DNA from: an uncultured beta proteobacterium
Lineage (GTDB): Bacteria; Pseudomonadota; Gammaproteobacteria; Burkholderiales; SG8-39
NCBI GenBank assembly: GCA_963747775.1
Contig: CAVVGT010000003.1
Span: forward strand, 641,538 to 705,537
Direction of reading: 5' to 3'
Length of the DNA: 64,000 nt
The translations under genes were made by a program, and so were the position numbers. The stretch's first letter is position 1; every line of letters begins with the position of its first letter. Below are positions 40,976 to 51,802 of this stretch, piece after piece. The notes below the pieces were generated by a model. That model was not told where the DNA came from, searched no databases, and saw only the letters and a list, made by a program, of their open reading frames with translations.

Positions 40976-43900
40976 TCAGCTTCTCCTGCAGCGAGTCTGC
41001 CGCAGCCGCTCGGAGAGGGCGTGGAAATCCACGCAGTCGAGCGGCTGGTCCTGGTTGAAGCACGAGAACACGTAGCGCGTCTCGCCGGTCTGCGGATCGC
41101 GGTGCGGCTGGAGGCACTGCGCGCAGATCTCCTTCATCATGCACTGCATCGGCGAGTTGATGGAGCCGATTGCGAAATGGTGCGGTTTGAGATACGGCTC
41201 CAGCACCGCATGGCGCGCGCGCGCCACTGCCGCCATCATGCGGTCCGATCCGATTGCGATGATCCGGTCGGCGTTGGCCATCTTCAGCGTTGTCGCACCC
41301 AGGCGGCCGGAGGCGTACGCCTCCATCGCCTGTACGATGTTGCCCACGAACGCGAGGTCCTGGGGGCGGCTCGGCTCGAAGCCGGGCGCCTCGTCGCAAC
41401 ACCAGATCACGACGTCCGCCGCCGCCTCGATCTCCTCGACCTTGTAGCGGTCGATGATCTTCTTGTAGCCGGCGAAGTAGAGCACTTTCGAGCCGGCCGC
41501 GCGAAACGCCTGGCCGATCGAGAAGAGCACCGCGTTGCCGAGGCCGCCGCCCGCGAACAGGACCGTCTCGCCCGGCGCGATGTGTGTCGGCGCGCCGGTC
41601 GGCCCCATGAGCACCACCGGTTCGCCGGGTTGCAGGATCGCGCACAGGTCGCTGGAGCCGCCCATCTCCAGCACGATCGTGGACACCAGGCCGCGCGCCC
41701 GATCGACCCAGGCTCCGGTCAGCGCGAGGCCTTCCATTTGCATGCGGGTCCCGTCCGCGACGGGCGCGAGCGTTTCGAAGTTCTGCAGGCGATAGAACTG
41801 TCCAGGCGCGAAGCGCCGCGCCGCGGCCGGCGCCTTGACCACGACCTCGACGATGGTGGGGGTGAGGCGCTTCACCTCGTGCACGGTCGGGCGCAGGTCG
41901 GCGTCCAGCCGGCGCAGGAAAGCGGCGTCCGACTCGGTGTTCGCGGGCGCGTGCTTCGCGAGCACGCGCGAGATCACGGGGAAACCCTGCTTGGTCGACC
42001 CGAGCGCCTTGACGACGTTGCCGAAGTACGACGGATGGAGATCGCCGAAGAAGGACACGAAGCGCCCGTCGGGCAGGCGCGACAGGAGCACGTCGGCCCG
42101 CGCCGGCTTCGACAGCGAGAACTCCGGCTTGACCGGGTTCCCGTCCTCGTCGCAGGCGCGGAAGTACTTGCCGTCGAGCTGAAAGTGCGCCGCGTCTTCG
42201 CGCGCGAGCACGGTGTTCGGCTGCGTGCCGGCGGCGATGAACACCGTGCAAGCGGGCAAGCGCAGCTCGCCCGCGCTCTGCCATTTTCCGTCCGCGCCGC
42301 GCGTCTGCCGGGTGAAGCGGATCCCGCTTACCGCGCCGTAGTCGTCGACCTCGACGGCGAGGGGCGTGAGCCCCTCGGCGAAGACGATGCCTTCCTCGAG
42401 CGCCTTCTCGACCTCTTCGTGGTTGAGCGTGTAGGAGGGGCTGTCGACGAGGCGCCGCCGGTAGCCGATCGTGACGCCGCCCCAGTGGCGCAGCAGCTCG
42501 GAGATGCGCGGGGCGCGGCCCTCCGCGGCCGCCTTGCGGCGCTCGCTGCGGATCGCGCGGGCGTGCGACAGGAACTCCTCGGCGATCTCGCGCTCCTCGG
42601 GGTTCCAGCGGTCGCGCACCGCGTCGTGCCCCGCGTCGAGCGCGAGCGCCTCGTAGCGCTCGAGGAACTTCTCGACCTGGACCACGTAGTAGGCGAGCGA
42701 CTCGGTGGCCGTGTCGATCGCGGTGAGCCCGCCGCCGATCACGACCGCCGGCAGCCGCAGCTGCATGTTCGCGATCGAATCGCGCTTGGCGGCACCGGTG
42801 AGCTGCAGCGCCATCAGGAAATCCGAGGCGGTGCGCACGCCACGCGCGAGACCGTTCGGGATGTCGAGCGTGGTCGGCTTGCCGGCCCCCATGCAGAGCG
42901 CGACGTGGTCGAAGCCGGCAATTAACGCGTCGTCGAGCGTGAGCGTGCCGCCGAAGCGCACGCCGCCGAACAAGGCGAACTCGCGGCGACGCTGGAGCAG
43001 CAGCCGGATCAGCTTCAGGAAGTTCTTGTCCCAACGCACGGTGATCCCGTACTCGGCGACGCCCCCGAATCCGGCCATCGTGCGCTCATCGAGCGATTCG
43101 TACAGGTTCATTGCGTCGCGGACGGGCGCGAAAGGCGCGCGGCCGCCGTCGGCGCTCACGCCCGCGAGCTCGGCCGGCAGCGGCTCGATCTTGAGCCCGT
43201 CGATGCCGACCACCACGTGGCCGTCGTTCATGAGCTGGTGCGCGAGGCTGAACCCGGCGGGACCCATGCCGACCACCAGCACGCGGCGCCCGCTCCGCGG
43301 CAACGGCAGCGGCCGGCGGAAGTTGAGCGGGTTCCAGCGGGTGAGCAGGCTGTAGATCTCGAAGCCCCAAGGCAGCAGCAGCACGTCCTTGAGCGTGCGC
43401 GTCTCGACCTGCGGGATGTCGACCGGCTCCTGCTTCTGGTAAATGCAGGCCTTCATGCAGTCGTTGCAGATCCGGTGGCCGGTGGCGGCGACCATCGGGT
43501 TGTCGACGGCGATGATCGCAAGCGCGGCAATCGCCAGGCCCTGCGTCTTCGCGGTATGGAACTCGGAGATCTTCTCGTCGAGGGGGCAGCCGGCGAGCGT
43601 GACCCCGAAGGCGCTCTTCTTGTAGATGATCCGGTCGGGGGCATCGGCCGGCGGCTTTTCCTTCAGGCCCTTCGCACACGAATCCTTGCCCTGCGCATGG
43701 CACCAGATGCAGTAGTTCGCCTGGTCGAGCGCACCGACCAGGCTGGTACCGGAATCGGTGAGCTTGAAGCCCTCGCGACGCCGGAGGTGATCGGGCCTGA
43801 TCCGGAAGGCGGGGGCGCCGTGGAGGTCGAACTGCTCCGCGTGCGCGAGCAGATGATAGGGGTCGGTCTTGCCGGGCGCCTTGAACAGCACGCCGGTGCG

Positions 43901-44450
43901 CACGTGCTCGCGGCCCTCGTCGGTGTGCAGCGCCCATGCCGCGTAGCGGAGCGCGAGGTCGAGCTCCCGCTGGTTGTTCACCGCGGGCTGGGCCTGCTCC
44001 TGCGCGAGCCAGCGCGTGACGTGCTGAGCGTAGGTGAGCTCGTCGAAGCGTCCGCCGAACAGGCGGCGCAGGTCGCGTTCCAGCGCGGGCCCGTCGAGCG
44101 CCCGGGCGTCCTCGGGCTTGATCTTGGTCGCGGCGCGGCGCTGCACGAACTGGCGTTTCACCGCGTAGAGCGGCGCGCTCTCGTCGTGACGGCGCGCGAG
44201 CGCGAGGACCTCGTCGCCGATGCCGAAGAGTTGCGCGAGAGAAGCGGTCGAGGTGTGGCGCGAGCGCCAGGATCAGCGCCGACTCGTCCTTGGATGCGAT
44301 GGCGTCCGACGCGATGCGGGCGGCGGCCAACTGGTCGCGCAGCGTGGGGTCGGCCGTGCCCAGGACGTCGACGAAATGCCGGTCGAGCCGGACGAGGCCC
44401 TCGCGGCGGTACAGGTCCTCGAAGGCGAGTCCGTGAGCGAGCTTCAGCAT
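40976..44450 (-). pseudogene. ~1150-aa multidomain Fe-S flavoprotein (GltD-like pyridine-nucleotide oxidoreductase fused to a PyrK-like FAD/NAD(P)/2Fe-2S module), with a single frameshift near codon 70
   Basis: The 1061-aa frame contains Cys clusters CIWCHAQGKDSC and CNDCMKAC, dinucleotide folds VLVVGMGPAG and VVIGGGLTAID, a PyrK-like part (FYRLQNFE, VLFAGGGLGNA) and a C-terminal CMMKEICAQC. The true N-terminus MLKLAHGLAFEDLYR...HLDRF is in another frame, with an extra T at ~44240. Confidence 0.8.
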
Positions 44451-44490
44451 GGCGTCCAGGTCACGGCGTGGAGCGCTGCCCTCCCGGCGG

Positions 44491-44814
44491 TCAGCGCTCG
44501 AGAAGCTGCTTCTTCTCGCGCACGTCCTTGAACGCTTCGGCCGTGGCGAGGGGGTCCTTCTTGTCGGTGAGCACCGGCCAGACCTTGGTGAGCTCGGCGT
44601 TGAGCGCGAGCCATTCCTTCTGATCCGCGGGCACGTCCTCCTCCGCGTAGATCGCGTTGACCGGGCACTCGGGGATGCACACCGCGCAGTCGATGCACTC
44701 GTCCGGGTCGATGACGAGCATGTTCGGCCCTTCGTGGAAACAGTCGACCGGACAGACGTCGACGCAGTCGGTGTACTTGCACTTGATGCAGCTCTCGGTG
44801 ACGATGTGGGTCAT
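44491..44814 (-). CDS. fdxA: 7Fe ferredoxin (FdxA type)
   Basis: [51 protein letters not shown]. 107 aa. Confidence 0.9.
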   Translation of the reverse strand: MTHIVTESCIKCKYTDCVDVCPVDCFHEGPNMLVIDPDECIDCAVCIPECPVNAIYAEEDVPADQKEWLALNAELTKVWPVLTDKKDPLATAEAFKDVREKKQLLER

Positions 44815-44853
44815 CGCGGATCCTCGCGCGGGGCCATGCTCGCAAAGCCGCGC

Positions 44854-44859
44854 ATTATA
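44854..44859 (-). promoter_or_regulatory. Perfect TATAAT (minus strand) 40 nt upstream of fdxA
   Basis: GGTATAATGCG when read on the minus strand. There is no good -35 element. Confidence 0.25.
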
Positions 44860-44934
44860 CCGGCGCGCGCCCCCGCGCCGGTGTGCGCCGGCTCGAAACG
44901 TGGGCCCGACCGACGACGGCTCGGTCGATGCGGG

Positions 44935-44998
44935 TTTCAATCCACGCTAGTCTCAATCCACGCTAGTCTCAATCCACGCTGGTTTCAATCCACCTTGC
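44935..44998. repeat. Tandem repeat, 4 copies of a 16-bp unit TYTCAATCCACGCTRG
   Basis: Units at 44935-50, 44951-66, 44967-82 and 44983-98 (the last is degenerate). The last unit overlaps the final codons and stop of the nitroreductase gene. The array lies 121-184 nt upstream of fdxA. Confidence 0.85.
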
Positions 44999-45734
44999 TC
45001 TCGTCGCGATACATCACCTGGTGGCGTTTCTCGCGCACCCACTCGTCGATCTGCCCGGGCGTCATGTAGTTCGCGGCGTTGAACCGGTCCCAAGACATGA
45101 TCTCGGGCAGGGACTTCTTCCAGCGCTTGTATGGCGGCTTCGCCGGCGGTCCGAAGCAGAAGATGTCGACGACGGCGAGGTCGTCGGGAATGCCGAGGAG
45201 CGGCTTCAGCGCATTCTGGGCGTTCTCCTGCCCGATCGCCGTGACCCACCAAACGTTGTACCCAAGCGCGGCGGCCGCCAGATGGGCCGACATGGTCGAA
45301 GCGGCCACCGACTGCAGCAGGATGCGCTCGGCATTTTCCTGGTACTGGCGGTCGAGGGCGGAGCCGTCGTTCAGCACCGGGAACGCACGCGTCCAGCGGA
45401 AGTCGCTCGCGATCACGATGAAGCCCGGCGCGGTCTCCAGCCCGCGATAGTTCGGCGTCGGGAACTTCATGTGCAGCTTCGCGCGGCTCCGCGCCTCGTC
45501 CACGAAATAGTCGGCGATCGCCCTCTTGATGGCCACCTCGGTGATCACGACGTAGTGCCAGGGCTGCGCATTGGCGCCGGACGGCGCGTGCCGCGCGGCC
45601 TCCAGAATGAGCTCGTAATGCTCCAGCGGAACGACGTACGACGGGTCGAACTGGCGCGTCGTCATGCGGTTGCGGACCACGTCCATCAGCGCGTCGTAGC
45701 GCGCGCGCTGGTCGTAACGGGCAGCGATTTCCAT
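44985..45734 (-). CDS. Nitroreductase-family flavoprotein
   Basis: RMTTRQFD, HAPSGANAQPWHY and a typical length of 249 aa. Confidence 0.85.
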   Translation of the reverse strand: MEIAARYDQRARYDALMDVVRNRMTTRQFDPSYVVPLEHYELILEAARHAPSGANAQPWHYVVITEVAIKRAIADYFVDEARSRAKLHMKFPTPNYRGLETAPGFIVIASDFRWTRAFPVLNDGSALDRQYQENAERILLQSVAASTMSAHLAAAALGYNVWWVTAIGQENAQNALKPLLGIPDDLAVVDIFCFGPPAKPPYKRWKKSLPEIMSWDRFNAANYMTPGQIDEWVREKRHQVMYRDESKVD

Positions 45735-45810
45735 TCGGGCCTCCTCGAAGGTTCCGCATCGATGATCCGGGGTCGCGGCCCGGAGTGCAAGCGATGGCTA
45801 AAGGCGTGCC

Positions 45811-45870
45811 CGCTGGTTGTAGGGCCGCTGGTTGTAGGGGCGCTGGTTGTATGGCCGCTGGCCTTCGGCT
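45811..45870. repeat. Tandem repeat, about 3.5 copies of a 15-bp unit CGCTGGTTGTAGGGS
   Basis: Units at 45811-25, 45826-40 and 45841-55, plus a degenerate unit at 45856-70. The array lies in the divergent region between the nitroreductase and the molybdo-hydroxylase FAD subunit. Confidence 0.85.
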
Positions 45871-45907
45871 ACAGTCGGTCGACCCTTTGGCCACCGCCTG
45901 CGCATCG

Positions 45908-46756
45908 ATGGGAAGCTACCTCCGCCCGAGCGTGCTCGACGACGCGCTGCGCGCCCGCGCGGCCGGGCCGTGCACGGTGCTCGCGGGCGGCACCGACTTC
46001 TATCCTGCACGGGTCGGCCGGACGATCGACGAGGATGTCCTCGACATCACCGCGATCGCCGACCTGCGCGGCGTGCGGGAGGAGTCCGCGCACTTCCGTA
46101 TCGGCGCGCTCACGACCTGGATCGAGCTCGTCGCGGCGCCGCTGCCCGCATGGTTCGATGCGGTGAAGCTCGCCGCCCGAGAAGTCGGCGGCGTCCAGAT
46201 TCAGAACGCGGGGACCGTTGCCGGCAATCTCTGCAACGCTTCGCCGGCGGCTGACGGCGTGCCGCCCCTGCTCGCGCTCGGCGCCAAGGTGGAGTTGCGG
46301 TCCGTGCGCGGCGCGCGGACGCTTCCGCTCGGCGAGTTCGTGCTCGGCAACCGGCTGACCGCGTGCGCGCCCGACGAGCTGATGACCGCGGTGTTGGTCT
46401 CCAAATGGGGCGGGCGCGCACGGTCGACCTTTCTCAAGCTCGGCGCGCGCCGGTACCTCGTGATCTCGATCGCGATGGTCGCGGCGGCGGCCGAGACCGA
46501 TGCGCGCGGGGCGATCGCGCGCTGCGGCGTTGCCGTCGGCGCGTGCTCATCGGCCGCACAGCGCCTGCCGGCGCTGGAGGCCGCACTCGTGGGCCGCACT
46601 CTGGCGCCGGGCATCGGCGCAACGGTGGCACCGGCGCACCTTGCGTCGCTTGCGCCGATCACCGACATCCGCGCGAGCTCGGCGTATCGCGGCGACGCGG
46701 TTGCGACGCTCGTTGCTCGGGCGCTCGAGAGACTGGCGCATGAACAGGCCGCTTGA
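45908..46756 (+). CDS. FAD-binding subunit of a xanthine dehydrogenase-family molybdo-hydroxylase (CoxM-like)
   Basis: VLAGGTDFYP, and AGNLCNASPAADG in the FAD-binding domain. 282 aa from the ATG at 45908. Confidence 0.85.
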   Translation: MGSYLRPSVLDDALRARAAGPCTVLAGGTDFYPARVGRTIDEDVLDITAIADLRGVREESAHFRIGALTTWIELVAAPLPAWFDAVKLAAREVGGVQIQNAGTVAGNLCNASPAADGVPPLLALGAKVELRSVRGARTLPLGEFVLGNRLTACAPDELMTAVLVSKWGGRARSTFLKLGARRYLVISIAMVAAAAETDARGAIARCGVAVGACSSAAQRLPALEAALVGRTLAPGIGATVAPAHLASLAPITDIRASSAYRGDAVATLVARALERLAHEQAA

Positions 46757-49506
46757 TCTATCCACGGTCGCGTTCACGCTGAACGGCGAGCCGCAGCGCG
46801 TCGCCGCGCGGCCGGCCGAGCGCCTGTCCGACGTCCTGCGCGAGGCGCTGGGCCTGACCGGGACGAAGGTCGGCTGCAACGCCGGGGACTGCGGCGCATG
46901 CACGGTGCTCGTCGATGGACGCCAGGTCTGCGCCTGCCTGACCGCGGTCGCGCAGGTGGAAGGGCGGGTGGTGCAAACGGTGGAAGGCCTGGCGCATGGG
47001 GCGAGGCTCGATCCGCTGCAGCGATCGTTTCTCGCGCACGGCGCCGCGCAATGCGGCATCTGCACGCCGGGGATGCTGATGGCGTCGCGCGAGCTGCTTG
47101 GGCGCAATGCGAATCCGAGCGAGAGCGAGGTGTGCGACGCGCTCGGCGGCGTGCTGTGCCGGTGCACCGGCTATCGCAAGATCGTCGATGCGGTGCTCGC
47201 GGCGGGGCGCGGAGAGGCGGCGCTCGCGGAGCCCGCGGTCGGGGCGGCGGTCGGTGCTCGAGCCCCCAAGACCGACGGCGCACCGAAGGTCACCGGGAGG
47301 GAGCGTTACGGCGCCGACCACTGGCCCGACGGCGCGCTCTGGTTGCACGTGATCCGCTCGCCGCACGCCAAGGCGCGCTTCGAGATCGGCGATCTCGCGC
47401 CGCTGTTCGCGCGGCACCCCGGGCTAGTAGACGTCGTGACCGCGCGCGACGTGCCCGTGAACGCTTTCGGGATCTTCCCCGACGTCAAGGACCAGCCGGT
47501 GCTGGCGGACGGCCGAGTCCGCTTCCGCGGCGAGGCGGTGCTGGGCCTGGTCGGCGAGATGGACGCGGTGCTCCGGATCCCGGAGCCGGACATTCCGATC
47601 CGCTGGATGCCCGAGGTCGCGCAGACCGAGGTGGAGGACGCGCTCGCGCACGTCGCCGATCCCCTGCACGCGCGCAATCCCGACAACGTCCTCGTCCGCG
47701 GGCGCGTCGTGAAGGGCGACGTCGAGGCGGCGCTCGCCGCCGCGACGCACGTTGCAGAAGGCGAGTTCACGACCAGCTTCGTCGAGCACGCGTACATCGA
47801 GCCCGAGGCGGGGTTCGCAGAGCGGGTGGGAGAGCGCATCCGGATCTTCGCGTGCACCCAGACCCCGTACATGGACCGCGAGGAGGTGGCGCGCGTCCTC
47901 GGCATCGAGGACGTGCAGGTGCACATCGTGCCGTCGGCGGTGGGCGGGGGGTTCGGCGGCAAGCTCGACATCTCGATCCAGCCGCTCCTTGCGGTCGCCG
48001 CCTGGAAGCTGAAACGTCCGGTGCGCGGCGCCTATACGCGCCCGGAGTCGATGGCGTCGACGACGAAGCGCCATCCGGCACGCATGCGGCGCGCGCTTCG
48101 GGTGCGACGCCGAGGGCCGCCTCGTCGCGGCGGATTTCTCCGGCGACTTCAATACGGGCGCGTACGCGTCCTGGGGGAACACCGTCGCGAACCGGGTGCC
48201 GATCCACGCGTCGGGGCCGTACGCCGTGCCGAACGTGCGGGCGCTGACGCGTGCGGTGTACACCAACGGACCGATCGCCGGGGCATTCCGCGGCTTCGGC
48301 GTGCCGCAGTCGACGATCGTGCACGAGGCGCTGCTCGACGAGCTGGCGGAGCGGGTCGGCCTCGACAAGCTCGAGTTCCGTCATCGCAACGCGATCCGCG
48401 CCGGGCAGGCCACGGCGACGGGACAGGTCCTTAAGGCGAGCGCGGGGTTGGCGCAGTGCCTCGACGCGCTGAGACCGCACTGGCAGGAGGCGGTGCTCGG
48501 TGCAGAAGCGTTCAACCGCCGCGCGGGAGCGGCCGGCCGACTGAAGGGCACTCGACGCGGCGCCGGTCTCGCCTGCATGTGGTACGGGATCGGCAACACG
48601 GTGATCGCCAATCCGTCCACGATGCGCGTCGGCCTTAAGCCGGACGGTCGCGTGATGTTCTACAACGGCGCGGTCGACATCGGGCAGGGCTCGAACACAA
48701 TATTGGTCCAGTTGCTAGCGGATGCGCTCGGCCTGCCGATGGCGGCGATCGACTATGTGATGGGCGACACGGATCTGACAGCCGATGCGGGAAAGACGTC
48801 GGCGTCGCGCCAGGCCTTCGTGTCGGGCAATGCGACGCACCTGGCCGGCACCGAGCTGCGGCGCAGGATGATTGCGCTCGCCGAGGCGCGTGCGAATGCG
48901 ACGCTGCGACTCGAGGACGGGGCGCTGATCGCGAGCGACGCCGACGGCGAGCATCGTATCGACCTCGCCGAGCTGCCGCGTGACGGGCGCGGCGACGTGC
49001 TTTCGGCCGACGGGCACTTCAACCCCCCGACCGTCCCGCTCGACAAGGACGGTCAGGGCGTGCCGTACGCCACCTACGGCTTCGGCGCGCAGCTAGCGGA
49101 GCTGGAAGTCGACCTCGAGCTCGGCACGGTGCAGCTGCTGCGCATCGTCGCCGCGCACGACGTGGGGCGCGCGCTCAACCCGACACAGGTCGAGGGCCAG
49201 ATCCACGGCGGCATCGCACAAGGCATCGGCCTCGCGCTGATGGAGGAGTACCACGCCGGCAAGACCGAAAACCTGCACGACTACCTGATCCCCACGATCG
49301 GCGACGTGCCTCCGCTCGAGGTCATTCTCGTCGAGGATCCCGAGCCGCTGGGGCCGCACGGCGCGAAGGGCGTCGGCGAGCCGGCGCTCATCCCGACCGC
49401 GCCGGCGATCTTCAATGCGATTCACCACGCGACGGGTGTGCGGCTGCGTCATGCGCCGGCCACGCCGGATCGCGTGCGCGCGGCGCTGCTCGCGGCGCAG
49501 GGATGA
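46740..49506 (+). pseudogene. Fused [2Fe-2S] + molybdopterin-binding subunit of the molybdo-hydroxylase, with a single frameshift at ~48090
   Basis: CNAGDCGACTV, CGICTPG and CRCTGY 2Fe-2S motifs, followed by the aldehyde oxidase/XDH a/b-hammerhead and Moco domains. Homology continues in the +1 frame after CGC ATG CGG C GCG CGC TTC (ARFGCDAEGRL...GQGS...GEPA). Confidence 0.85.
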
Positions 49507-49507
49507 A

Positions 49508-50287
49508 ATGACGGCGCGACCGCCCGTCGCATTCGTCACCGGTGCCCGGCGCGGGATCGGTCGCGGCATCGCGTATGCGCTGGCCGATGCCGGGTTCGAT
49601 CTCGTTCTGAACGACGTCGTCGACGACGCGGCAACGGGCGAGACACTTCAGGCGGTGCGCGCAAGAGGGCGGCGTGTGACGTTCCTGCCGGGTTCGATCG
49701 CGGAGCTCGCCGGCCATCCATCGACGGTCGAAAAGGCGTTCGGCGCCTACGGCACGGTCGACTGCCTGGTCAACAACGCGGGCATTCAGGTCAAGGTCCG
49801 GGGCGATGTCCTCGACGTGCAGCCCGAGAGCTTCGATGCGTTGCTCGCGGTCAACCTCCGTGGCACCTTCTTCCTGACCCAGGCGGTGGCGAAGCGGATG
49901 CTCGCGGAGTCGCGGGGGGCGGGCGATCCGCTGCGCTCGATCGTGACGATCTCCTCGGCGAACGCGCGTATCGTCGGGCCGAACCGCGCGGAGTACTGCT
50001 TCGCCAAGACCGGGCTCGCGATGATGAACCAGCTCTTTGCGGTGCGGCTGGCGGATGCCGGCATCATGTGCTTCGAAATCCGGCCGGGCATCATTCGCAC
50101 CGACATGACGGCCCCGGCGCAGGCGCGTTATGACAAGCTGATCGCCGAAGGTTTCACGCCGGTACGGCGCTGGGGCGAGCCCGCCGACGTCGGGCGCACG
50201 GTCGCCGCGCTCGCGAGCGGGGCGCTGCCGTTCAACACCGGCGACGCGTTCCACGTCGACGGCGGGCTGCACATCCAGCACTTCTGA
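49508..50287 (+). CDS. Short-chain dehydrogenase/reductase
   Basis: VTGARRGIGRGIA, NNAG and YCFAKTG. The ATG lies 2 nt after the preceding stop. Confidence 0.85.
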   Translation: MTARPPVAFVTGARRGIGRGIAYALADAGFDLVLNDVVDDAATGETLQAVRARGRRVTFLPGSIAELAGHPSTVEKAFGAYGTVDCLVNNAGIQVKVRGDVLDVQPESFDALLAVNLRGTFFLTQAVAKRMLAESRGAGDPLRSIVTISSANARIVGPNRAEYCFAKTGLAMMNQLFAVRLADAGIMCFEIRPGIIRTDMTAPAQARYDKLIAEGFTPVRRWGEPADVGRTVAALASGALPFNTGDAFHVDGGLHIQHF

Positions 50288-50290
50288 GCC

Positions 50291-51802
50291 ATGACGACGC
50301 ACGCCGACCCGTTGAGCGAATCTCCCGGCGAGGACGCCCTCCGGGCGCAGCCGGGCAAGATCGTCTGCAACGCGTGCCCGGTGCTGTGTCAGATCAGCGC
50401 CGGTCGCGCCGGGGCGTGCGATCGCTACACGAACGTCGGGGGTGCGCTGACGCGCGTCGATCCGCTGCTCTTGATGGCGCGGACGCTGGACGAGCACGGC
50501 GCCGTGGTGCCCTTCGCCGACGGCCAGCCGTGGAACGGAAGCGTGACGGCGGAGGCGCCGCTGTTCGTGACCGGCGTCGGCTCGGGCACGACCTACCCGG
50601 ACTACAAACCGGCACCGTTCATCGTGTCCTCGCAGCAGGCCGGCGTCGACATGGTGACGGTCGTCACCGAGGGGATCTTCAGCTACTGCAGCTTCAAGGT
50701 GAAGATCGACACCGACCGCTATCTCGGCCCGGAGTGCGCGCCGGTGCGCTGCCAGGGCGAGGTGGTCGGTCACGTCACCACAATGGAGTACGGCTCGCAG
50801 ATGCTGTCGCTCGGCGGGGTGCACCACCTCACCGGCGGCAGTAAGAAGGAGGGCCGCGTCACCTGCGAAGTCATGCTCGCGCTCGGCAACCGCCAGCCGG
50901 TGGAGATGCAGATCGAGGGCGGCACGCAACTCGTCGTGCAGGCCGGCCGGGCCCCGGTGATCAACGACGTCGAGGAAAAGCGCATGCGTGTCGGCTGCGG
51001 GTCGGCGACGATCGGCATCTTCGCCCAGCAGTGGCACGGCCACGTCGACGAGGTGGTGGTGGTCGACGATCACATCACCGGCGTGCTCTCCGAGCACCAG
51101 GCCGGTCGCTTCCTCGACATGCGGCCGGGCGGAATCAAGGTGATCGGTCGCAAATCGACCCCGGGTCGCTACTTCCAGGTCGCGAATCCGGGCCTCGGCT
51201 GGGGCGGCACCGACGTCACCGATCCGTTGAAGATCATCAAGTCGATCGACCGTCGCGAGGCGTGGCCCGGCGAGCGCATCCTCATGGTCTCGACGACCGG
51301 CGAGGACTACGCGTACTTCGTGCTGGACGAGGCGCTGCGCATGGTGCCGGCGGAAATCCCCGCGCCGGTGATGAAGGTCGTCGAGCGCATCGGCGAGAAC
51401 TGCGAGCCGGCGCTGTGCACCGTGCTCTTCCTCGGGGGCGCGGGCGGCAGCCTGCGCGCCGGCGTGACCGAGAACCCGATCGCGCTGACCCGGTCGATCA
51501 AGGATCTGCTCACGCGCGTGACCTGCGGCGGCGCCCCGGCGTACGTGTGGCCCGGCGGCGGGATCATGGTGATGGCGGACGTGACGCGCATGCCGGCAAA
51601 CGCCTTCGGCTGGGTGCCGACGCCCGCGATCGTCGCGCCGATCGAATTCACGCTGCGCCGCGCCGATTACGCCGCGCTCGGCGGGCACATGGACCGCGTG
51701 CGCCCCTTCGCCGACATCCTGGAGCACGAGCGACATCGCGTCGTCGGCTGGGATGCGGCGAACCCCTGGCCGCTCGATGGGCCCGACGCGCGCGCGCCTT
51801 GA
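50291..51802 (+). CDS. 6-hydroxynicotinate reductase-like Fe-S protein (503 aa)
   Basis: N-terminal Cys cluster CNACPVLCQISAGRAGAC. Overall length and sequence recall proteobacterial proteins annotated as 6-hydroxynicotinate reductase. This is memory-based and needs an HMM check. Confidence 0.7.
   Translation: MTTHADPLSESPGEDALRAQPGKIVCNACPVLCQISAGRAGACDRYTNVGGALTRVDPLLLMARTLDEHGAVVPFADGQPWNGSVTAEAPLFVTGVGSGTTYPDYKPAPFIVSSQQAGVDMVTVVTEGIFSYCSFKVKIDTDRYLGPECAPVRCQGEVVGHVTTMEYGSQMLSLGGVHHLTGGSKKEGRVTCEVMLALGNRQPVEMQIEGGTQLVVQAGRAPVINDVEEKRMRVGCGSATIGIFAQQWHGHVDEVVVVDDHITGVLSEHQAGRFLDMRPGGIKVIGRKSTPGRYFQVANPGLGWGGTDVTDPLKIIKSIDRREAWPGERILMVSTTGEDYAYFVLDEALRMVPAEIPAPVMKVVERIGENCEPALCTVLFLGGAGGSLRAGVTENPIALTRSIKDLLTRVTCGGAPAYVWPGGGIMVMADVTRMPANAFGWVPTPAIVAPIEFTLRRADYAALGGHMDRVRPFADILEHERHRVVGWDAANPWPLDGPDARAP

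Noticed and set aside
44935-45870. Whether the two short tandem arrays could be a CRISPR array
   Set aside because: The units are directly abutting with no spacers and are only 15-16 bp long. The two arrays are unrelated in sequence, and no cas genes are present in the window.
45798-46010. Minus-strand ORF encoding QRPYN pentapeptide repeats, and the plus-strand AGCR repeat in ORF 45785
   Set aside because: The repeats are simply translations of the 15-bp tandem DNA repeat in an intergenic region. The real FAD-subunit start is the ATG at 45908, and the ORF has no coding support.
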